A stretch of 64,000 nucleotides of DNA from Macrostomum lignano (Eukaryota). The notes beneath the pieces are model-generated. The model was not told the DNA's origin and did no database searches. It saw nothing but the letters and a program-made list of their open reading frames with translations. The stretch is taken from NCBI GenBank assembly GCA_002269645.1, contig NIVC01001126.1, positions 124,001 to 188,000 on the forward strand, given 5' to 3'. Position numbers and translations under genes: made by a program. Shown here piece by piece: positions 25,030-41,999 of this stretch (position 1 is the stretch's first letter; each line of letters begins with the position of its first letter).

Positions 25030-28000
25030 CAAGGACTACTTAAGTAGAAGGACGCTGCACTCCCGAATGGTGTAGATTTTTTTGAAGGCCATTTTTCAAA
25101 ATGCTGTTATTTTTAAATGGTTGCATGTAGAGGTCTAGTTTTTTCACGGGGTTGCTCAGAATTTATTCCTCTTTTAGATGAGTGAACAGTTTCGGCTGCA
25201 ACTACATGTATTCGCGAGAAATGTACAGCAAGGTACTGTTACCCCCTTCTTTATTATAGAACAATAAAGCTAGGATATTTAAAGGATAATTCCGACAATT
25301 GAGCTAATGTAATCCAATTAAAATGAGATGAGATTAACAAAGAACGAAGCCCGTCAGTCTGTACTTTTCAAAAGCCATCCCTGATCTTTTCAACAATAAA
25401 ATAACAAAGAGCAAAAGCAGAGAAACTGGCACAATGCCAGTGCTGATAACAATCGATGTATCGTTGTTGGACTGGAAACAAAAAATGTTGAACTGAACTG
25501 GTTGCTTGTTGCACAGCAGCTCATTGTACTTTAATCTCAATTGATAGCTACAGTAAGGCAAATATGTATGTAAGGCTGCAAATATAAGACTGTGTATAGT
25601 GTATAGTGTATAGAAACTGTGGCAACTATTGGGTAGGCAACAGCAGTAAAATGCAGAAACCAACTTATGAAAGCAGCAACAAATGTTTAAACCAACGTAT
25701 GAAAGCAGCAACAGATGCATAAACCAACTTATGAAAGCATAAGCATATTCAATGACGTGAATGTGAATTGGGTCTGTATAAAACATGGACAACCATGGAC
25801 TATGGGTCAAATTACATGCTCAATCAATTAACAATGTTCGCTTCAATTCTACGAGCTATGTTGCCTCCGATTTTGGCTTATTGCATTTTTGGTTGGATAT
25901 TTCGATATTTTCCAGTGTCCACTTCGTTTGTTTAAATTAGAGGTGTCTAAGTGTACAATGGGTGTTCAAGTTTTATACGAACTCGGTGTGTTGATAGAAT
26001 GTCACGGATTTCTCAAAAAGCGTACAAACAGCTCATAACTAACTTGATGCTAACTTTCGCAGACGCCGTCCACTGCCGGGCGTCTCTCGTACATGGTCCG
26101 AATCACGACGCACGAGTCCTTTAAAAAATGTGTTAGCTAACCTCCTGGAAATGCGGCTAACCTGAGCTGGATCTGAAACAGTTACATCCATGAAAGCTTC
26201 AAAAACGTTAATAAAAGATCGGACACAATAGTTGACGCAGTGGATCTTGACAGAGGAGAAAAAAGCATAGCACAGGCTGGAGAAAACTAAAAGCCACTCT
26301 GGCGGGTGCCGGAGCTTGCCACGAGATAGCAGCGATGTAAATTCGCTACCGCCAGGAAACTCAGTTGCAAATGCTTCAAAAACTTCTGGAAGATGCTCTT
26401 TAGCAGCAACGTAACCGGAAATATAGTACAAAGAAGCATTCTCCTCATCTGTATTGTGGCTGATCTTGTCTTGAAGCTGATCAAACACCTCTAGATCAGA
26501 GTCCTTCATCCCATCGGAACAGCATGTCGCCGGCTCATGAGCCTCAAAGCTGTTCTGAAGCGCTCCGTACAATTTCATTCGGTGCAGCCGAGCACTGGCC
26601 ATAACTTGCTCGACTGTTATGTAGTAACACCCGCCGTGGCCCTGGCGGTAGAGAGCGAACTCGGCCTCCAATCTGTCTGATTGCAGTACACCTTAAAGAC
26701 AATTTCGTGACCCATTAGATAGCCGTGACCTGCATCCCCACAATTCATTAAATTCATTCCCTAGCAACAATTATTCAAAAACTGATTGCTGCATGTAAAT
26801 AATGCAAAGAACTCACCAAGAAGAACGTAAGAAAATCGATGGTTGGTTAGAAGGTGTCTGCTGAGGCCCACCAGACCTCTTGTTGTCTGGATTAAAGCGT
26901 TGCGCGTCTCTGTGGTGAGCGACCGACCGCGTCCCGCACCTCGTCCACCCGGCATGCGCTCCACCAGTGCGGAGAAATTAAGTAAATGTGTCAAGCTGCT
27001 AGATTCTTCCGACGTAATTGGAGCCCTAAGTTTGTCATTCAAGGCAACGTGTGATTCTGGTGATTTAACATTAACTATTTTCCAAAAGGTGACCACATGG
27101 TCCACAAAGTCGGCTGAGTCATGGCGACCGTTAACACGAAGTGCGGCAACCGTCTTCTCGTTGAAGATGTCGACAACTAGTGACACCTTAGATTTGTAGT
27201 TACTTGTACACTTTGGAAGACAGCATTTCATTGGCATTGCAGAAATTCTGAAGCTAACAAAAAGAAATATATACAGCTTCTATACATTATATCTAGTAAA
27301 AAAATTGCTACAATACTGTATTGCTTTTATCCCAACAGGCCAATATAATCAATTCTATACTAAATCACTTCAATAGTATTACTAAAGTTGAAAATTTGTC
27401 TTCTAAAGTCTATTATACGCATTTTCCTTTAGAATCACTTTCTATATATAAATATTTATATTTTAAATTCAATGCAAGGCCTGAGTATTGAATATATCTT
27501 GGTTCCATTAAACTAGACTAGGTTAAAAAACTGCTCTCCAAACAGCAGAAATAAATTCAATATGTTGTTAGGCCTATCATTTAAATAAAATATAAAGTTT
27601 CAAGACAAGTCTGAAAATAGAACTTTTGTATCCAGTAGAACCGTTTAAGAAGCCTAATCTACAGATATTTGACAGAATAGTAAAATTAGTACCTTCTATA
27701 CAATATGCAAGTATCTAATATCTATCTACCTTCAAATTAAGAATAATACTTTATAACGATCTACTCATAAACTAATCAGTAGGTCCTTTCTACACAACAT
27801 TTTTGTAGAACATGCTAAAAAAGCATAGTAGGCCCTAGATATTATTATATATCAGGCATAGCCAGGGTATAGACTAACATTTAATATAGAATGTCTATAG
27901 CTAATTTAAATTTACCAAAAAAATAAAGACATAGAAAGCAGTCATCATAGAATGCTAAAGAAACTACTGATTATTGAGAGAAACTAACACTTTAATCCAA

Positions 28001-28309
28001 CCTTTAACATTTAACATTACAGAATTGAAAACCCTCGAAAAAATACGAAGTATTTAAAAGTAAACGTGTCAAGGACACTAACTTGGCGAAATACAATAGA
28101 GGAGCGAATACACTAGGTCTTTTTGATAAGTTTCAGCAGTTTTTTCTTTTCAGCAGGGTTGTAGTCAGTCTGAGCAAGCCATTGAAGATGAAAATCGTGA
28201 ATTTTTTGTATCTCGTTAATGTATTTTTCGGCGAAAATTGGCCTTCAAAAAAAATTACACGAACCGCGAGTGCAGCGTCCTTCTATAAACGATACTTAAG
28301 TAGTCCTTG
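25030..28309 (-). mobile_element. P-element/THAP9-superfamily DNA transposon, internally deleted, 3,280 bp
   Basis: 17-bp perfect terminal IR CAAGGACTACTTAAGTA, extending imperfectly to about 70 bp; perfect 8-bp TSD TGCCGACA (25022-25029 and 28310-28317); transposase exons inside. Confidence 0.95.
26039..27237 (-). CDS. Internally deleted P-element-type transposase (exons 27237-26817, 26691-26039; 357 aa open frame)
   Basis: THAP start MPMKCCLPKCTSNYKS fused directly to KVSLVVDIFNEKTVAAL...FWKIVNVK; intron g|gtgagt ... tttaag|gt joins YVLLG|VLQSDRLEAEFALYRQGHGG; C-terminal LYYISGYV and SRGKLRHP motifs. Confidence 0.85.
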
Positions 28310-29421
28310 TGCCGACAATGGCAGCCAGTCCGGTGAGGCCAAGCAGGCACAGCATCAGGCGGTGGAAACTGCGACCGAAGCCGAAGCTGCCGCTGTTGAC
28401 AGATGGAGGAGCAGTCGCCGGGTCCATGATAGTAAGCTCTCGAATCTGATGCGAATTAAGAGTTAACTAGAATCGATCTGCACGTATATAGATGCTTGTT
28501 ATTCATCCTCTTCTCTTGTGTGGTATATATAATAACTGTGCATATCTGCTTCCTCATGTCTGAGACCTGTCAGGACCAATCAAAATAGCCCTACTTTGAT
28601 CAGCATCAGCATCAGCCACTTGTTTGCTATAGATTGCAGAGAAGCCTTTATATCTCTGCTCCAGATCTCATATGGCCTCAAATTTTGTTTCTAGCCATCT
28701 ATTTGGCATCCGTTTGAGATCGCATCCTATGATCTTTTAAAACACCGATTGACTGCTGATCGTGAATTCATCCATGGTTACAGCAGCTTTGCTAAAATTT
28801 GGATGTGAATGTTGATTCGGAAATGAAGGAAATGAATGAAGGATGAAGGAGAAGAAGCCTTCGACCATAGACAGGTAATTAAAACAATGAGCGGAGATTA
28901 ATTTCTCCGCCGGAGATTAATTCGCGTCGTGCTCGCGGTTCACAGGCCCTGAAATACATTTCTAAGTACAGCGAATAGCGATAGAATCTTTAGTACAATC
29001 TGCGAGCTCCCAAGGCTAAACTTTAATATACAAAATTAGTGCTGGGTTTTCCTTAATTTCCGTTCCGCTGGAACGGTTCTTTAATTTCTTTCCTTTTAGG
29101 TCAAAACCCTGGCATAAAGCTCTATAGAGTCCTGAACCGAATGTGGGTTGTGCACAAAGAGGATTCTGTTTTGCGCTGTCAAAGACTTGAAAGTTGAGTC
29201 TATCTATGGTCAAAAAGCCATCATTTATTATGAATTATTCGATGAAGTGTTCAGACCGCGATTCCTCTTCTGTCACTTTTAGTTTAAAGTCCACAATGTA
29301 TTAGCAGGGGCGTCGCCATGGATTTTATGGTGTGGGGGACAAAGCCGAGAATTCTACATGTACATGTAGATGACTAAATTCCTACATGTACATTATTTTC
29401 AGAAATCGGTGTTGTCAGCAC

Positions 29422-30641
29422 CCATTTTAGCGCCGCAGGCAATCATTTTAGCACCGCAGGCAATCATTTTAGCGCCAGCAGGCAATCATTTTAGCGCCGC
29501 AGGCAATCATTTTAGCGCCAGCAGGCAATCATTTTAGCGCCAGCAGGCAATCATTTTAGCGCCAGCAGGCACTCATTTTAGCGCCAGCAGGCACTCATTT
29601 TAGCGCCAGCAGGCACTCATTTTAGCGCCAGCAGGCACTCATTTTAGCGCCAGCAGGCACTCATTTTAGCGCCAGCAGGCACTCATTTTAGCGCCAGCAG
29701 GCAATCATTTTAGCACCGCAGGCAATCATTTTAGCGCCAGCAGGCAATCATTTTAGCGCCAGCAGGCAATCATTTTAGCGCCAGCAGGCAATCATTTTAG
29801 CGCCAGCAGGCAATCATTTTAGCACCGCAGGCACTCATTTTAGCACCGCAGGCAATCATTTTAGCGCCAGCAGGCAATCATTTTAGCGCCAGCAGGCAAT
29901 CATTTTAGCGCCAGCAGGCACTCATTTTAGCGCCAGCAGGCAATCATTTTAGCACCGCAGGCAATCATTTTAGCGCCAGCAGGCAATCATTTTAGCGCCA
30001 GCAGGCAATCATTTTAGCGCCAGCAGGCAATCATTTTAGCGCCAGCAGGCAATCATTTTAGCGCCAGCAGGCAATCATTTTAGCGCCAGCAGGCACTCAT
30101 TTTAGCGCCAGCTGGCACTCATTTTAGCACCGCAGGCAATCATTTTAGCGCCAGCAGGCAATCATTTTAGCGCCAGCAGGCACTCATTGTAGCGCCAGCA
30201 GGCACTCATTTTAGCACCGCAGGCAATCATTTTAGCACCGCAGGCAATCATTTTAGCGCCAGCAGGCAATCATTTTAGCGCCAGCAGGCACTCATTTTAG
30301 CGCCAGCAGGCACTCATTTTAGCGCCGCAGGCACTCATTTTAGCGCCAGCAGGCAATCATTTTAGCGCCAGCAGGCACTCATTTTAGCGCCAGCTGGCAC
30401 TCATTTTAGCACCGCAGGCAATCATTTTAGCGCCAGCAGGCAATCATTTTAGCGCCAGCAGGCACTCATTGTAGCGCCAGCAGGCACTCATTTTAGCACC
30501 GCAGGCAATCATTTTAGCACCGCAGGCAATCATTTTAGCGCCAGCAGGCAATCATTTTAGCGCCAGCAGGCACTCATTTTAGCGCCAGCAGGCACTCATT
30601 TTAGCGCCAGCAGGCACTCATTTTAGCGCCAGCAGGCACTC
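29422..30641. repeat. 21-22-bp minisatellite (attttagcgccagcaggcaatc)n, possibly inside a hAT-type MITE beginning CAGGGGCGTCGCCA at 29305
   Basis: The array is direct inspection; the opposite TIR near 30690-30700 is only weakly similar and no TSD was found. Confidence 0.9.
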
Positions 30642-31643
30642 ATGGACAAAAACCATATCCATAGACAAAAGCCATAGACAAAACCCATGGACCGCTCTGC
30701 ATCGAAGAGGGGTCGGACCGGCCTTGACGCGGTTGAAATTCATGCAGTCGCTGCCAAAGACGACTCAGGAGCAAATGAAGCGACCTTTGAGAAGTTCTTG
30801 CGAGAAGTTCTTGCAGGGCAACACTGTAGTAGAAGATTGCGCGAGTTTTAGTTGCGCAACTTCTGATGACGACTTTAAATCAATTCTGATCAGTGTTCCC
30901 ACGTTTTTTAGTTTGTTTATTATCTACAAAACTTTTAAGAAATCAATTTGACTTGCTGCACAAATATATCCAAAAAACTCCAAACAGACGCCCAATTCAA
31001 AGTAGTTTTAATCACAAAATAGGCGTGTGTGGGTATAGTTGTTTCCTATGTTTTGCACTATTGGCTCGTTTAAATTTCCAAGTCGCTTTTCACCGAAAAA
31101 GTTTTCTATGGTTAAAACGCCATCAAATATGCAACGTGGGGGGGAGAGGCGCCATCGATTTCCTGCAGATGAAACCGCGCATCAGCGCTGGCTGCCTGAA
31201 TTTGCCTAACGCTAATTATAGAAGCAGTCTGCATTTTTTAACATTTGTTTGATTCTTGGTTTATAATGACGTGTGAGCACGAGTGCGTAGCTTTCGGCAA
31301 ATAGTGCAGACGGATGTATGCGAAAATATCCGAAAATGTCCCCCTATTATATATTTGACATTAAAACTTGAAAACTGCGAAATTAGTCTGGCTGTTTTGT
31401 GTTTTCGCCAGACTAATATCACTAATTAAAAATCCTTTGCCAAGCCGCCGGCGAAGCCTCTCAATCACCATCATTATTTCATCCGTCGGCTAATATGCAC
31501 AAGTAAGTCCGTTTATTTAATGCACGCACTCGCACTCCCAAAATGACAATAGGCAGTAGCTTAGCCACATGTAACTTTTAATTAGCCTAATCTAACACCA
31601 AAGCAGTTGACAATCCGTACCAGTAACCTCGAATTCCGGCCCG

Positions 31644-31715
31644 GAGCTCGTGGCGCAACGGTAGCGCGTCTGACTCCAGATCAGAAGGTTGCGTGTTCGA
31701 ATCACGTCGGGCTCA
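31644..31715 (+). tRNA. trnW: tRNA-Trp (CCA)
   Basis: GAGCTCGTGGCGCAACGGTAGCGCGTCTGACTCCAGATCAGAAGGTTGCGTGTTCGAATCACGTCGGGCTCA; paired acceptor stem, CCA anticodon, downstream T run. Confidence 0.97.
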
Positions 31716-32247
31716 AATAGTTTTTATCCTTACAAGAAGTTTCTGCATAAAATAAAATAAAATTGAGAAACAGCTTTACGATGTTATTCTTATTAAATTT
31801 TTATTAAAGAATTTTTTTTCAACAAATACAAATAATTTTTCTGTAGGGGCGATATGTTTAGAAAAAAATCGCTTGAAAATAAAAACTTGCGTACTGCGTA
31901 GTGATAGTGTTATGAGCATATGATTTATATTTAAAGCATCTATCTTTTTATTTATGCTTTCACTCTTAATGCAAAAGAAGCAGAGAAAAGTTTCAATAAA
32001 ATACTCTATTGATAAATAAATCATAAGATTGGCTATTTGACAGGCTCAGACAAACTATATAATTACCGGCTGGTAGGCATGCCCTTATATTCTACTTTTA
32101 GTAGAACACTCAGATTTATAAGTTCTTTAAATATTGCTTAAATTCTTATAAATTCATTAAAATTATCGGACTCACATCTCTATCATCATCACAAGCAACC
32201 AAAATCACAAGCTCGAAAAGTCACATCGTCGAAAACTGATTTCGCAG

Positions 32248-32345
32248 CCACCATCACAAGCTCAGAAAATTATATCGTCGAAAAACAAGCTCCAAACCTA
32301 ACCCTAAGTTCCTAACCCTAGCCCTTAACGAGCTTGTGATGGTGG
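32248..32345. repeat. Palindromic element with 16-bp perfect arms around a CCTAAC/CCCTAA core
   Basis: ccaccatcacaagctc (32248-32263) vs gagcttgtgatggtgg (32330-32345); additional atcacaagc sub-repeats upstream. Confidence 0.7.
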
Positions 32346-32552
32346 TGCTAGCAAAACTTTTCTTCGACTTTAATACTTCTAGAGTATTTTCTAAAACTTC
32401 TTCGTCGAGTGAGTTTGCGAATTGCGCATGTACAGCGCAGGGTGATTTTCTGTTTTTACAGTTACAGTTTGCGAGTAATTAAAAGGCGTGATTGGCCTCG
32501 CCGCTTCAATGACAGTTAAAATAAAAATACAGGCTACTCCCTTAAGCTGTTG

Positions 32553-32624
32553 GAGCTCGTGGCGCAACGGTAGCGCGTCTGACTCCAGATCAGAAGGTTG
32601 CGTGTTCGAATCACGTCGGGCTCA
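32553..32624 (+). tRNA. trnW: tRNA-Trp (CCA), second identical copy
   Basis: Identical 72-nt sequence to 31644-31715; T run follows. Confidence 0.97.
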
Positions 32625-34224
32625 GATAATTTTTGCTAATTTAGTATTTTTTGCTTTCAAATAAATTTGGTTGTTGACTCGTTAAACATGAATCCAAAGA
32701 TAACCAACGTTTTTTTGACGACAGAAGTGTTCTGCTTTAATCTCAATAGTCATAGAGCGTCTCGGAAACTATGGAGTACACTATATTGCCGATATGTTTC
32801 GTATAAAACCTAACCAAAATAAATGTACAGCTACTCACCGTGATGCGACACTGCGTTTACATTACGATCGCATAAAAAAACAACGAACAGCCCGAACGAC
32901 CAAACATCGAACGCTGTTTCTTGACTAGATGAGATTTGTACGCAATACATTAATATTAGAAGTATTGCTAAGCTTCAGATCCGAAACGGAATAGCCGATA
33001 TGTTGTGTATGACAGTATATGACAGTATAAGTAGTACGCTTTAGAGCTAAAAAATCCACTAACTAAAAATAACGGCTAGCTTAATTTTACCAAAATAATT
33101 CTGTATGCCTAACTATTTTTAAAGCCCCCCTTATACCCAATTGCATATAACAAATAATTTTTATCTTTGTCTTTCCAGTGTCAGCTGTTTTACATTGTAC
33201 AACACAAGAATACAATAATGTTACTTACTTGCTACTGTCATCGACAAGAAAAAAATAGTCAAAAAACGGAAAAAGTTCATTTGATTATCAGATAGGAAAT
33301 TGCATTTTTCTACAATGAAAGCAAGCTTGAGTGATTTTAAACAGATTTATTTTTTTCTACCGATTTTTTGTAAAAATCAGCACAAAACAACGCATAGTAT
33401 ATGTGGATGGTATGCAAATTAAATAGCTTCTCAGTAAATTCAAGGGCATCACACCAAAGAAACTGTGCCTTGGATTCTGGAATATGAGGGCAGCGCTTGG
33501 CATATAAAAGCATCAACTCACAACACAACAAAAGCATTGTCGCATCCGTGCTTGTGTACAATAAATATCAATTATTTTTTGTTCAAGACATTTTCACATA
33601 AAAAATGAAAAGAAAAAATTTACACAAAATCGAACAAAAGTACATATTATAACATTATTTGTTACACCAATAATCCACCTTTAGCATCTAGTTACTTTAT
33701 TTTTTAGTAAGCATAGAATAAAATTCAAATCAAGCGCAGTGATTTTTCAATTACTATTATTTAGAAAACACAGTAGAAACTAACAACGATCAAATTAATA
33801 TCAACACACTATCAGTGTCACCTAGGTAAGCTACTCAAAGTAGCACTGGTTGACTAGGCCGACGCAAAAATAGGAATTGAGAATCAAATTTGATTATATC
33901 AATAACCAATTTAATTTGCAAGAATATCAGCTTTAAATGAACAAACTACAAGTCTCCAGCAAATATACGCTTTAATGTGTACCGCACAGTCACTGTGGAT
34001 TGTGTATGATAGAAAGCCGGACAGTGAACTGCCCGAATTCGAGATCTCAAGTCCGTGGTCAGTGGTTCGAATCCGTAACGTAGTTTTATAACTCAGTTCA
34101 TAGACGAATCGTTTGTCTCCACGGTAGTTCTGTGCACTGCCAACCGAGAGATGGGAAAGCAGTAAATTTATATTTCATCGCAATTTACTAAAGTGCGCCT
34201 GGACGTCAAATTCTCACCCAGACA

Positions 34225-34715
34225 TCCAAAGCATCAAAATCTCACCCAAAGACATCTCAAACATCTAAATCTCACCCATAGACACCTCAAAGATCTAAAT
34301 CTCACCCATAGACACCTCAAACATCTAAATCTCACCCATAGACACCTCCAACATCTAAATCTCACCCATATACACCTCCAACATCTAAATCTCACTCATA
34401 GACACCTCAAACATCTAAATCTTACCCATAGACACCTCAAACATCTAAATCTTACCCATAGACATCTCAAACATCTAAATCTCACCCATAGACATCTCAA
34501 ACATCTAAATCTCACCCATAGGCACCTCAAACATCTAAATCTCACCCATAGACACCTCAAACATCTAAATCTCACCCATAGACATCTCAAACATCTAAAT
34601 CTCACCCATAGACACCTAAAACATCTAAATCTCACCCATAGACACCTCAAACATCTAAATCTCACCCATAGACACCTCAAACATCTAAATCTCACCCATA
34701 GACACCTTAACATCA
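34225..34715. repeat. 30-bp minisatellite (aaacatctaaatctcacccatagacacctc)n just 3' of JNK
   Basis: Direct inspection. Confidence 0.95.
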
Positions 34716-34800
34716 AAACTTCAACCCATTTAAGCACCGAAGTTTTACGACTCCATTAACGGTGTTAAGCAGGTAATAAACTCAGAAGATTGTAAGTCAA

Positions 34801-39119
<4,319 letters not shown>

Positions 39120-39199
39120 TTATTTCCATGGGATAAGTCTATTTGGATTAAGTAAAATAATCTATATAATAAGTACACATTTTTTATCTACATATATGC

Positions 39200-39400
39200 T
39201 AGGTCATAGCCAAAGTAGTCTAGTGCAATGCTCTTATATGCTAGCAAACCAGGCCTAAATCCAAGTGCAGTCATATTAGTTTGGGGTAAATTGAAATCTT
39301 GATTTGTCTGCTTGTGCAATTAATAACCTTGGGAGAAAACCTTTAAGGCACAATAAAGCACCATGCCTAACAATAAATAAAGTTAGGTTAGGGCCACTAT
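39200..39400 (+). mobile_element. Hypermutated copy of tRNA-derived SINE family B
   Basis: Aligns end to end with the reverse complement of 55486-55684 (shared ccaagtgcagtca, catgcctaac, ataaataaagttagg); differences are mostly C>T and G>A. Confidence 0.8.
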
Positions 39401-40299
39401 ATACTTGTATTATAGAGCTAAATATGACTACATGTGTATCTTCATACTTAATATATCTTATCTACTTATGGTAGTCAATAAAATGGGTAGTAATGCCTCT
39501 TACTAGTTGTGTATCAATGTTGCTTAAAAAGTGATGTTGCTCTAGCATTTGGGTTTATAATTATAGGCCTAATATTTTTAAGAAAAAAATAAAAATTTTA
39601 ACTTTAGGAAAAGTTATCCCATTGAAAGTTATGTATATATAAAAATAATTAGGTTAAAAAAGGTTCTACTACTTTCTAGAAGTGAATAGGCTTAGCATAG
39701 ATAGGCTTATTGATTAGGCCTATTATATAATAAATATTAGGAGGCCTATATATTATATATATAGGCCTATTGCAATACCTAAACCAATCTAGCTAAGCCC
39801 CTAGGTGGCAAGATACCTAAGCAAGATATAGTATAATTTAATGAACATAAAACATTTAAGTTTTGTTAAGTTCTTAGCCTAGGCTTAATAAAGTTTAAAG
39901 CTTAGGCCTATAATAAAATAACTCAACCTAACTCCTAAGTCTAAAATTAAAAATTGAATATTGGCTCAGATGGCATCAAAATTTTTGGTTGGATCAAATC
40001 AGGATAATAAAATAAGTTTTCTAATTTTTCTAGAGATTCTAGGGAGGGATTCTAGAATTCGGGTCAAGAATCCTACCTCTAGCTAGTCAACTATATTAAA
40101 CACTAGTTGAGGAGGTGGGGGAAGGTCTGGCCAGCCACCCTAGGCCAAGCCATGTCGCATGCCATTCATCTAGCCTACCTAGTTTTAGAAGTAGAAGACT
40201 ATAGGCCTAAGGCCTAGGCCTAACTATTGTAGGCCTATTGCAAAAACGTTTACTAAAAAGATGGTCAATTAGGCCTAATAAATGAAAAACTGAAAAGAA

Positions 40300-40570
40300 G
40301 CAAGCAATGTCGATTGCGTTACAAGTTACAGACGAGATCGTTTAATGAATGTCTGATTTGAAGAACTGTCCCTGTGGGCCTGTGGCTTTCGTCTGTCGCT
40401 GTCGGTAGTCGGTCTGACTGACGGCCAGGAAACCCACACTGCCACACGACACATTTAGGGTAGCCGGGAGGCCCGAGGACAGTGATTAAGACGTTAGTAG
40501 TATAGTATTATTAGTATAGGAACAAGTGGCTCAGGCAAAATAGCTTGTTTAGCCAATACGAAAAGCTTGT
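40300..40570 (-). promoter_or_regulatory. Candidate JNK promoter/5' region
   Basis: CpG returns abruptly after a CpG-free kilobase; CCAAT (agccaat, 40551-40557); position upstream of JNK. No TSS data. Confidence 0.3.
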
Positions 40571-41769
40571 AAGAGTACTGTCACTGAATATTTTTTTAAA
40601 GTATGATCGATCAGAGTAGCAAAGAACATTTTCTATGAAATTAATCAAAATTCAATCTAGATCTAGTTCAAATTTTCGCCAAAAAGTGCATTGTTAAACA
40701 AGTTAAACATCCTTTTAATTTTGAAATACATTTTTTTGAATATCAGCTCAAAAACAAGCTCAAAATCGTTTGCCATCTGTTACAGTCTCGTTCAAAGTTC
40801 TTTGTGTCGGATCACTTTTCACTTTGAGTCTATTCTGGTTTTCAGTAGACTGCAGTTGCAGGGGTTGCCATTTGCCAATGCCAAATACATTTCGGGGGGA
40901 AGAGATTACGAGCTTACTTGATTTGATTGGTTCGCCCAGCTGACCAACGTTATTAAAAAAATTAATAGGCGACAGTCAACACAGCAGGCGATCAACTAGA
41001 AACCAAATCGATATAAATGGCACTTAATTTGAAAAACTCTTAACTTGAAAATTTTGTAATCGAAATCGCGCATGAAATGATGCAAACACTGGCCAGTTCA
41101 GAAGGAAATTTTCGTTTAAGCGCTGTTACTATCTCAGAATATCAGAACCAGAACCAGAATCAAATCCCTGTACCGCTCTACTAGGTCCTCATAAGAAATT
41201 ATAGTTACATGTATAGTTCAAGAGAGGATCTTTTGGTGACTCAGTCACAACAAAATTATGCAATCCCCCTTTTAACAGAAGGAAGTAGTTCTATAGAGAG
41301 CAAGCAGGGACAACTAAAACTTTTAATTTTAAAACTTTTAGCTGCCAGGCTGCAGCTACATGTATTATGCGCTTCGGTGCCAGCAGCAGAGGAGCTTGGA
41401 GTTGTTGCATGCGTGCAGTGCATCACAAATTTGTACTTCTGTAAACCATATCTTTTGTACTTGGTGGTCTGCACTCACCAGCAATACAAACTGCAGTGCA
41501 TGGCCCTTCTTGCAACAACCATTGCAGGAGCAGAGAGCCATTTTTTGCAATTTATTTTGTCTCTCGAAAATCAGCAGAAATGAAAAACAAATAACATTGA
41601 ATAAGAAAATTGAAATTGTCAAATAATCGTGCAAAATTAAATACATGTACATGCAATTGCATCGATCAGTGCAGAAAATAAAATGAAGAATGCCCAAGAA
41701 CTATACTCAAGTATGAATAAGACAGGACAACTACAGCAGGTCTCTTGGAACTTTTTAGGGGGCAGGTTT

Positions 41770-41935
41770 ACCGAAAAAAATACATTACGGAACATGGAGG
41801 CTTTCATTTTTCAGTACAAAAATTGTTATTAATGCTTTTGATATAGGAGGCAGACCCAACGTTTTATGATAAAGCAATAACAATTTTTGTGCTGAAAAAG
41901 CGAAAACCTCAATTTTCCGTGACGTATTTTTTGCC
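41770..41935. repeat. Palindromic hairpin element, family member 2
   Basis: Arms 41807-41830 and 41876-41899 match the 10923 element, including the loop motif aggcagacc; outer arms aaaaaatacattacggaa / ttccgtgacgtatttttt. Confidence 0.75.
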
Positions 41936-41999
41936 TCCAATTTTTTTTCCAAGAAATGTATAGTTTCCATCCCATCCTTCCACACTTAAGTAGCCATTG

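Larger units (their letters stand above)
23859..28427 (-). pseudogene. Intronless class A (neuropeptide-receptor-like) GPCR, about 426 aa when reconstructed, disrupted by a transposon in TM1 (5' part 28427-28310, 3' part 25021-23859)
   Basis: Removing 25030-28309 and one TSD copy gives MDPATAPP...LMLCLLGLTGLAAIVGNGLLMKAIL...NLCLCDL...CVFSCF...IWILA...APLSIIATAY...FAICWAP...NSAINPAFL: seven TM segments with GN, LxxxD, W, P/Y and CWxP motifs. Confidence 0.9.

Noticed and set aside
25030-28309. Splicing out of the transposon to rescue the GPCR
   Set aside because: The nearest donor (ttaa|gtatcg) and acceptors (ttaag|, gtag|) add 31 or 28 nt and include an in-frame TAA; no frame-restoring pair was seen by eye.
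34025-34085. Third tRNA-like sequence (GGTTCGAATCC)
   Set aside because: Only a B box; no A box, cloverleaf or acceptor stem could be built.
41365-41560. CXC-like cysteine cluster (CSCNGCCKKG) on the minus strand
   Set aside because: Spacing does not complete a CXC/tesmin domain in any single frame.
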